Below, piece after piece: positions 27,910 to 35,343 of a DNA stretch of 64,000 nt. Where the stretch lies: the NCBI GenBank assembly GCA_002336815.1, contig DDEU01000078.1, positions 11,474 through 75,473 of the forward strand. The letters are read 5' to 3'. Positions within the stretch are counted from its first letter, which is position 1. Every line of letters begins with the position of its first letter. The translations under genes were made by a program, and so were the position numbers. Below the pieces are notes generated by a model. The model searched no databases. It was not told the origin of the DNA and saw nothing but the letters and a program-made list of their open reading frames with translations. The stretch comes from Chitinophagaceae bacterium UBA1946 (GTDB taxonomy: Bacteria > Bacteroidota > Bacteroidia > Chitinophagales > Chitinophagaceae).

Positions 27910-30744
27910 ATGAGTAAGTCTTTATGTTTTTTTTCTGTGTTGATATTGATCAGTACCAATCTTTTTTCCCAATCAACTGTTACCATAAGAGCAGGCGCCC
28001 CACTGGCAGAGAGTTATGCAAGCGGCCCGATTTACAGGCCTGGTGCATCCAGCAATATGGATTTTAGTCAGTATGCATATTTATATACCGCCGCTGAGCT
28101 GAATGCCATTCCTGCCGGCAGTCTTATCAGCAGTATCGCTTTCAATAAAGTGAACAACGGTGCAACTACCCTGAGCGGTGGTGGCAAACTGAAGATCTAT
28201 CTTAAGAATTCAACCACGCAGCTTTACAGTGCCAGTTTCGAATATTTCAGCAGGCTGATCAATGGAGCTACCCTGGTATATTCCAATAATGAAACTGCTA
28301 TTCCCGCTGCACCCGGTTTTTTAAACCTACCGTTGAACGCTCCATTCGTTTACACCGGCGGCAATCTCGAAGTGATGGTTGACTGGGATATCAGTGCTGT
28401 AGCCGGAAACGCCACCACCAACCTGCTGTTATGGGAAAGAACAACTGTTGCCAGGAAAATATATGGATGGGCATCTGCCGTCAACACAAATTTTATCATG
28501 TATCCTGCCGGAGACAGTACGGGTGACATTACCAATACAAGACCGGTTGTTCGTTTTACGCTGGGAGGTGCATTACCTGCCTGTATAGAACCACCCGCCG
28601 CCGGCACTGTTACAGCTCCGGATAGTGTATGCATGGGCGTTAATACTGTATTAACCGTAGCAGGGGCGAGTGGTGGCAATAATACTTCACAACAATCATC
28701 TTATCAATGGCAGTCCTCACCAGACAACAGTAACTGGACTAATATTGGATCCAGTTCAGACGATTCTATTACTATTTCTCAATATACTGCCGCATGGTAC
28801 AGGCGCATTATCTATTGCGGTTCCGGCTCGGATATTACAGCAGCAAAATTCATTGATGTAAAACCTTATGGGGAATGTGTTTGCATACCGCTGCTCAGTA
28901 GTGTAAGTTGTTTTGGAGGTTATATCAGCAGGGTACAACTGGGTTCGCTTGATCATAATTCCGGCTGTACTCCCGGCAGTTATGTTAATTATTCCGACAG
29001 CGTGGAAGCACCCTTGTTCTACACCGGCAGCAGCAAGTTTATCAGTATCACCCTCGCTGGCACCAACAGCAGTAACCAGTATGTTTCTGTATGGATAGAT
29101 TTTGACCATAGCGGCACATTTAATGAGGGTCGGTATTTCCTTGCAGGTATCGGTCCTGACCCTACCGTTATAGGTACTATCACGGTACCTGCTACTGCGA
29201 AACCGGGTTTTACACGGATGAGGGTACGGTACGTGCCTGCTACAGGCGGTGCCGATGCCTGCGAAGGTTTTGCATGGACAGGTATGGAGATAGAGGATTA
29301 TCTCATCAACATTGCAGATGCGGCTGCCTGTACTGCAGCGCCAGAGAATGATATCACTGTTGCCAGCCAGCCTGCTGTATGTGCATCCGATTCAATTTTG
29401 CTGAGTACTTCAGGCGTGAATGATGCAGCCACTACTTTTTCCTATCAATGGCAATCGTCGGCAGATAGTATTGTATGGCAGGATATCATGGGTTTTAAAA
29501 ATGCCACCTGTGTAGTGTACCAGAACAGCGCCCGTTTTTACAGGGTAAGGATCGGTTGTGCCGGCCAGTACATTCATACAACACCAGTAAAGGTAGATAT
29601 GAAACCGATGCTGCAGTGTTATTGTAAACTTCCAATAACCAATTGCAGTGGTTCCGACTACATCAGGAGAGTCGTGTTTGGCACCATCGACAATTTATCG
29701 CTTTGTGGATTCGGGGGCTATACAGATTATTCGGGAATTGTGGCGCCGCCAACGATACAGTCCGGTACGAGTGTACCCATTTCCGTTACTGTACCGGCCG
29801 GCGGGATAGGAAGCTACGTAAACGTATGGATCGATTACAATATGAACGGAGAGTTTGAAACAAATGAGCATACTTTTATCGGCTCGGGGAGCAGTCTTAT
29901 ACTTACCAACAACATCAATATTCCACAGGTGGCACAGGGAGGTTTAACAAGGATGAGAGTGCGGTTTAAATCAAGTGCAAATCTAAACAACTGGGATGCA
30001 TGCAATACCGGCACTTACTATGGCGAAACGGAAGATTATATTATCAATCTTGCCGGCCCAAAACACTGCATCCCCACCCATACTACAAGCTGTAATACAG
30101 GCGATGTCATCAACAGGGTGGTCTTTGGCAGCATTGATACTACTACCAGCTGTTCTGCCAATGGCTTTGGCGATTTTACAAAGGGGCTGCAAAAAACCAG
30201 CATTGCGGCGAACAGCTATGTGCCGCTGAGCGTACAGGTGGGCTGCAATAGTAACAGGCAGGAGAGTATTGGCGTCTGGATCGATTTTGACCAGGATGGC
30301 CTGTATGAGAGATCAGAATTTACACTGGTTGGAAGGGGAGACTGTGGCACCACTTATTCAGCAAATATAAGTGTACCAACCAATGCGCTGGAGGGACTAA
30401 CCAATATGCGTATACGTACTACATCTGATACTGTTTTCAATCCTCATTTTTTCCCGGGAAATGCCTGTCTCAACTATGCCAATGGCGAAACCGAAGAATA
30501 CAATGTGATGGTGCAGCCATACAGTTCCTGCCCTGTAAATTACTGGACGGGAACAGCGGGTGACAGTAACTGGGACAATGCTGCCAACTGGAGCTGCCAG
30601 CAAGTGCCGGGGGTACATTCAAACGTGGTGATCAACAGTGGTACGGTCATCGTTGGTTCTAACGTTACCATTTATTCGCTTACGGTAAACCCGTCAGCAA
30701 CCCTTACCGTGATACCTTCATTTAATTTAACGGTAACGCACTAA
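27910..30744 (+). CDS. Secreted protein with three GEVED domains and Trp-rich C-terminal module
   Basis: Three VWID.....F...TRMR(V/I)R...E.E(D/E)Y units; YQWQSS.D Ig-like linkers; likely start MSKSLCFF 27910; ends WTGTAGDSNWDNAANWSCQQVP...LTVTH. Confidence 0.9.
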   Translation: MSKSLCFFSVLILISTNLFSQSTVTIRAGAPLAESYASGPIYRPGASSNMDFSQYAYLYTAAELNAIPAGSLISSIAFNKVNNGATTLSGGGKLKIYLKNSTTQLYSASFEYFSRLINGATLVYSNNETAIPAAPGFLNLPLNAPFVYTGGNLEVMVDWDISAVAGNATTNLLLWERTTVARKIYGWASAVNTNFIMYPAGDSTGDITNTRPVVRFTLGGALPACIEPPAAGTVTAPDSVCMGVNTVLTVAGASGGNNTSQQSSYQWQSSPDNSNWTNIGSSSDDSITISQYTAAWYRRIIYCGSGSDITAAKFIDVKPYGECVCIPLLSSVSCFGGYISRVQLGSLDHNSGCTPGSYVNYSDSVEAPLFYTGSSKFISITLAGTNSSNQYVSVWIDFDHSGTFNEGRYFLAGIGPDPTVIGTITVPATAKPGFTRMRVRYVPATGGADACEGFAWTGMEIEDYLINIADAAACTAAPENDITVASQPAVCASDSILLSTSGVNDAATTFSYQWQSSADSIVWQDIMGFKNATCVVYQNSARFYRVRIGCAGQYIHTTPVKVDMKPMLQCYCKLPITNCSGSDYIRRVVFGTIDNLSLCGFGGYTDYSGIVAPPTIQSGTSVPISVTVPAGGIGSYVNVWIDYNMNGEFETNEHTFIGSGSSLILTNNINIPQVAQGGLTRMRVRFKSSANLNNWDACNTGTYYGETEDYIINLAGPKHCIPTHTTSCNTGDVINRVVFGSIDTTTSCSANGFGDFTKGLQKTSIAANSYVPLSVQVGCNSNRQESIGVWIDFDQDGLYERSEFTLVGRGDCGTTYSANISVPTNALEGLTNMRIRTTSDTVFNPHFFPGNACLNYANGETEEYNVMVQPYSSCPVNYWTGTAGDSNWDNAANWSCQQVPGVHSNVVINSGTVIVGSNVTIYSLTVNPSATLTVIPSFNLTVTH

Positions 30745-30952
30745 AAGGCATGGCACCCCGGTACTCTCGCATCTATCAAATGGCTGTTAATATCTCCATA
30801 CCGGTAAAGGAAGCATTGCAGAAGGCAGTTGCCAAGGCGTTTGATTTTACGCTTGTCAAACAGGCAGCTTCAGTTATAAAACAATTTTGTAAAGCGGGCC
30901 TGCTACAGTTAATATTATACATCGGCCAGTTAGTTAGCAAAATAATACCAGC

Positions 30953-32893
30953 ATGGATCATTCTATAAAAAAATTGAAACGCTGTATATGCCTCTTGTTG
31001 TGCTTTGTTGCAGGAACAACGGGTTTATACGCACAGAGTGAAGACTCGTTATTGCAGGCGCTGAAACTTGCAACGCATGATACCGCCCGTATCAAAACAT
31101 TGACGGAACTGGCAGAAGCCTGCGATAAAAGTGATATCCTGAAATATGCTATCCAATGTAAAACCCTTTGTGAAAAAGGGATAGCAGCCCATGCGGAGCC
31201 TGCTTTTTTTTACCAGTCAAACCTTGGCGGAGCTATCAACAACATCGGGTATTACTATTCCAAACACGGCGACCAGGCAAAGGCATTGGCCAACTACAAA
31301 GAGTCGCTTAATATATTTGAGCAGATCGATGATAAAAAAACAGCGGCTTACGAACTGAACAATATCGCTTTTATTTACGATAACCAGGGTGATGTTGCTA
31401 CCGCCCTTGAATATTTTTACAGGAACCTTAAACTGCAGGAGGAAATAAGGGATACTGTTGGCATTGCTTTCTCATTGAACAATATTGCCTATGTTTTCCT
31501 TAACCAGCAGGATGATAAAGCAGGTATGGATTATTATTCCAGGAGCCTGAAGATGTTTGAGGCTGCAGGTCATAAAAATGGAATGGCCATGTCGTATGGA
31601 AATATCGGCACCATCTACACCGGCAGGAAAGACAAGGACAAAGCGCTGGAATACTACAACAGGAGCCTGTCACTGTACGAAGAACTGGATGATAAATTCA
31701 GCAGCACCTACGAACTGGCTGCTATCGGGCATGAGTATGTTACCTGGGGCGAAGATGAAAAAGCATTGCCGTATTTGAACAGGGCGCTGAAAACTGCTGA
31801 AGCATTTCAGATAAAAGAAGTGCTCTCCTATACGCTTTCCAATATAGCTACTGTGTTGCTTAAAAAAGGGAAGACGGATTCAGCAGAAAAATATGCGCTG
31901 CGTTCCCTGCAGTTCGGTAAGGAAACGGGCATGCCGAAAGATATAAGAAACGCTGCAGGTATATTGAAGGATATATATGTAAAGAAAGCAAATTACAGGG
32001 AAGCTTTTACTATGTACGGCCTGGAGATCCAGATGAGAGACAGCCTCGATAATCAAACAAGCAGGAAGGCAACGGTCACAAAAAAATTGCAGTATCAATA
32101 CGAAAAAAAGGAACTGGAAGTAAAGCTTGCCAATGAAAGAAAAATGACCCGGAAAAACTGGCTGATCGCCGGTGCGTTGTTTGCAGCGGCACTGGTTGCC
32201 CTCCTGTCATTCTTTTATACAAGACAACATCGCTTAACCACCAAACTGGAGCGGATGGAGCTGGAGCAGCAGCAGTATCGCTCACAAATGAATCCTCATT
32301 TTATATTCAACTGTTTAAATTCAATTCAATATTACATTGTTCACAATGATGTGGTGGCAGCCAATAAATACCTGTCAGAATTTGCCTCCCTGATGCGGAA
32401 AACGCTGGAGAATAACCAGCTTCACAGTATTGACCTGCAGCAGGAGATCGACTACCTGAATAGCTACCTCACATTAGAACAAATGCGTTTTGAAAATAAA
32501 TTCACCTATGAGATCATCTGTGCACCTGGTATCAATTTGTTCAACACAAAGATATTACCCATGGTGATCCAGCCTTTTGCTGAAAATGCCATTGTACATG
32601 GATTGTGTTACCTCGAAAAAGATGGTAAACTGTTGATTCATTTTGAAAAGAAAGGAGATTACCTCATCTGCAATATCAACGATAACGGCATCGGCAGGCA
32701 GGCATCGCAGGAATTAAAAAAGCAAACTGGTAAAGCCCATGTTTCGCAGGGGATGGAGTTGATTGAAAAGCGCCTGGCGCTGGTAAGTACCATCAATAAA
32801 AAGAAATTCAGCGTGGACATCATTGATAAAATAGCTGAAGATGGAAAAGCTGCAGGTACGCTTGTGGTATTAAAATTTCCTGTTGACGTGTAA
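30953..32893 (+). CDS. TPR-sensor LytS-type histidine kinase
   Basis: Periplasmic TPR repeats, one TM helix, SQMNPHFIFNCLNSI, QPFAENAIVHG, DNGIGR. Confidence 0.93.
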   Translation: MDHSIKKLKRCICLLLCFVAGTTGLYAQSEDSLLQALKLATHDTARIKTLTELAEACDKSDILKYAIQCKTLCEKGIAAHAEPAFFYQSNLGGAINNIGYYYSKHGDQAKALANYKESLNIFEQIDDKKTAAYELNNIAFIYDNQGDVATALEYFYRNLKLQEEIRDTVGIAFSLNNIAYVFLNQQDDKAGMDYYSRSLKMFEAAGHKNGMAMSYGNIGTIYTGRKDKDKALEYYNRSLSLYEELDDKFSSTYELAAIGHEYVTWGEDEKALPYLNRALKTAEAFQIKEVLSYTLSNIATVLLKKGKTDSAEKYALRSLQFGKETGMPKDIRNAAGILKDIYVKKANYREAFTMYGLEIQMRDSLDNQTSRKATVTKKLQYQYEKKELEVKLANERKMTRKNWLIAGALFAAALVALLSFFYTRQHRLTTKLERMELEQQQYRSQMNPHFIFNCLNSIQYYIVHNDVVAANKYLSEFASLMRKTLENNQLHSIDLQQEIDYLNSYLTLEQMRFENKFTYEIICAPGINLFNTKILPMVIQPFAENAIVHGLCYLEKDGKLLIHFEKKGDYLICNINDNGIGRQASQELKKQTGKAHVSQGMELIEKRLALVSTINKKKFSVDIIDKIAEDGKAAGTLVVLKFPVDV

Positions 32894-33032
32894 GTTGAAT
32901 GAATGATGAAACAGGAAAGTATATTCCCTGCTATCAGCAATGGCATTGGAGGCCGCACAGCAGGAGGACTGCTTTACATTCATTAATCATTAATCATTTT
33001 TTGCTGAATGATTCAACAGGAGCAATTACACT

Positions 33033-33197
33033 TTAGCAATTGACTGTTGAGCGGTCCGGAGTGGCAGCTAAATAAACCGAATCAAGATAATTGATCAGGT
33101 TCCTTCTTTTGGAGCTCTTTTTTACAAGCCTGGGTTTATTTTTTGCTGCACTTTTTACGGAGAAACCTGGGTAGCTGAAATTGCTTTGTGTTTGCAT
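33033..33197 (-). CDS. Putative 54-aa small basic protein
   Basis: MQTQSNFSYPGFSVKSAAKNKPRLVKKSSKRRNLINYLDSVYLAATPDRSTVNC*; A-rich leader (caacaacaaaatcttt) before ATG; below ORF-track cutoff. Confidence 0.45.
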   Translation of the reverse strand: MQTQSNFSYPGFSVKSAAKNKPRLVKKSSKRRNLINYLDSVYLAATPDRSTVNC

Positions 33198-33235
33198 AAA
33201 GATTTTGTTGTTGATGAATGACTGATTTTATCATC

Positions 33236-33250
33236 ACAAACAGAATGCCA
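33236..33250 (-). promoter_or_regulatory. Possible sigma-54 (-24/-12) promoter TGGCATTCTGTTTGT
   Basis: Matches TGGCA-N6-TTG spacing, about 40 nt upstream of the small ORF. Confidence 0.35.
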
Positions 33251-33337
33251 TCCCTATTTACGTTTTAAACGCCCGGCCTAACCACAGCCAGGGTCGTTTT
33301 TATTCCACAATCAGGAAAATACTTCCATAAAGCTGCA

Positions 33338-34192
33338 TCAAAAAGGCAGGGAGAAAACATCATTCTCCGTATAGATGCTGAACCTGATGTCTTTAAACTT
33401 CACGAGCTTTTTGCCCGTAATATTTAATTGCTGCGGATGGCTCATTACCACTACCTGGCCACCGCCTGCGACGGTAATTTTATTTCCTTTTACAATGATG
33501 GCTGTTTCTTCATCAATACCAATACAGGTTAGCAACGGGTATTGCGCCAATGCACTCAGCAAGCGGTTGTAACGGCTGCGTACAATAAAATGCTGATCGA
33601 TGATCGCCCTGCTGAGCAAGCCCAATCCTGTTTTAAATTCAATATTGTCTGCAGCCAATTTTCTAAAAGTAGCACGGTAAACGGTATCAGTCAATTGATT
33701 TCCCGTGATCATGTATTTACTCATCACTGCGGCGCCTGCACTGGTACCTGCAATGGTAGCCCCGTTTTTATATGCCTGTTCAATAGCAGCAGTTACGGGA
33801 GTATTAACAACCGCCTTCATAAACCTGTCCTGGTCGCCACCGGTAATAAAGATCAGCCTGGCTTTTTTTAATGAGTCAAGCCAGTTGTGGTCAGTGGTTT
33901 TGTCCTGCGTAAAATTAAAATTGCAGATCATTTTATCACTCACCATTTTCCAGTCTTCTTTAAAATAGTAAAAGGAAGTATCGGGTGTCGCACTGGCCAT
34001 CGGCAGCACTACGGCAAAATCACCGGGTCGCAGGTCTGCCGTTTTTGCCAGTGATTGCATCAACTCCAGGGGCCTGTCGCCGCCACCAATGATAAAGAGT
34101 TTTCCTGCAGTGGCCGCATTGTTAACCTGCGCAGATACCTGCCAGTTGCAAAGCAGGATAGCGGCAGTAACAAAAAGGTTTATTTTTTTCAT
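33338..34192 (-). CDS. Cyanophycinase (peptidase S51) with Sec signal peptide
   Basis: LFIIGGG, FITGGDQ, GTSAGAA nucleophile, IIDQHF..R.R.NRL, GIDEETA. Confidence 0.9.
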   Translation of the reverse strand: MKKINLFVTAAILLCNWQVSAQVNNAATAGKLFIIGGGDRPLELMQSLAKTADLRPGDFAVVLPMASATPDTSFYYFKEDWKMVSDKMICNFNFTQDKTTDHNWLDSLKKARLIFITGGDQDRFMKAVVNTPVTAAIEQAYKNGATIAGTSAGAAVMSKYMITGNQLTDTVYRATFRKLAADNIEFKTGLGLLSRAIIDQHFIVRSRYNRLLSALAQYPLLTCIGIDEETAIIVKGNKITVAGGGQVVVMSHPQQLNITGKKLVKFKDIRFSIYTENDVFSLPF

Positions 34193-34323
34193 GCTCTAAT
34201 ATAAGCAATGTATGTTGTGAGCCATAGATGCCGGTCGTTCACTTTTTATCTGCAGGAATAAAAACAGCCCGGAACTGGCCGATTGTTTTTCATTTCTGTA
34301 CTTTCACTCATTAAAAATATTGT

Positions 34324-35253
34324 ATGGAATCGAGTCAGAACAATGAAAAAAAATATCACCATGGCCGGAGGAGTTTTATTGGCAATGGCCTGCTGCTGAC
34401 GGCTGGCACAGCTTTGAGCGGTATACCCGCTGCGGCATTTGCCGGCGGAATGTTTGACCACCCACCTACCTACAGGGTGCAGGACATTATTGATCTTATT
34501 TTAAAAGATGTAAATGTTCCACCAATAGCTGATACCATCGATACTGTAAAGTTTGGCGATACCAGCCAGGTGGTTACCGGCATTGTGACCACTATGTTTG
34601 CCACTGTGGAAGTGATCGAAAAAGCCGTAGCGCTAAAAGCTAATTTCATTATCGTGCATGAACCCACATTTTTTAAAGGGCTCGACCGAACAGAAAAGCT
34701 GGAAGTGAATGAACTGATGAAAAAAAAGCAGGCACTGCTAAAGGAACACCAGGTAGTAATATGGCGCTTTCATGACTATTGCCATGACACGCAACCGGAT
34801 ATGATCAGCCACGGATTCATGAAAAAGATGAACTGGCTGCAATATGATAAACCTGGTCAACCATTGCTGCATATTCCCACCTTGCGGTTGGATCAATTGG
34901 TTCGTCAGTTAAAATCAAACCTTCGCATCAGCCATTTAAGGATCATGGGCAATACCAGCAAAACCTGCAGCAGCATCGCATTGTACCCCGGCGCATGCGG
35001 TGTGCAGGCGCATATTGACGCCGTTGAAAAGGACAAGCCCGATGTGTTGATCATTGGCGAACTGGTTGAATGGGAAACGGCTGAATACTTCCGGGATGCG
35101 GCAAGGATGGGAACCGGTACTGCCCTCGTAGTATTGGGTCACTCCGTAAGTGAAGAACCCGGTATGGAATATTTCGCAGAATGGTTACAACCAAAAATTC
35201 CCGGCATCAGCGTTTCGCATATTGCTTCCGGTGATCCTTTTACATGGCTTTAG
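34324..35253 (+). CDS. NIF3-family dinuclear metal protein with Tat-like signal
   Basis: RRSFI twin-arginine leader; DTVKFGD, HEPTF, WRFHD, GE..EWE, LGHSVSEEPGM. Confidence 0.88.
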   Translation: MESSQNNEKKYHHGRRSFIGNGLLLTAGTALSGIPAAAFAGGMFDHPPTYRVQDIIDLILKDVNVPPIADTIDTVKFGDTSQVVTGIVTTMFATVEVIEKAVALKANFIIVHEPTFFKGLDRTEKLEVNELMKKKQALLKEHQVVIWRFHDYCHDTQPDMISHGFMKKMNWLQYDKPGQPLLHIPTLRLDQLVRQLKSNLRISHLRIMGNTSKTCSSIALYPGACGVQAHIDAVEKDKPDVLIIGELVEWETAEYFRDAARMGTGTALVVLGHSVSEEPGMEYFAEWLQPKIPGISVSHIASGDPFTWL

Positions 35254-35282
35254 GTAAACGATAGTAAAGGTCAAAAAAAAAA

Positions 35283-35335
35283 TACAGCCTCTTATTCTCC
35301 AGGCGTTAACCGCATTGGAAATTAAAGAGGCTGTA
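35283..35335. terminator. Hairpin between convergent genes (probable terminator)
   Basis: tacagcctctt / aagaggctgta stem, preceded by an A-run (U-tract on the minus strand). Confidence 0.7.
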
Positions 35336-35343
35336 GCCAATTA

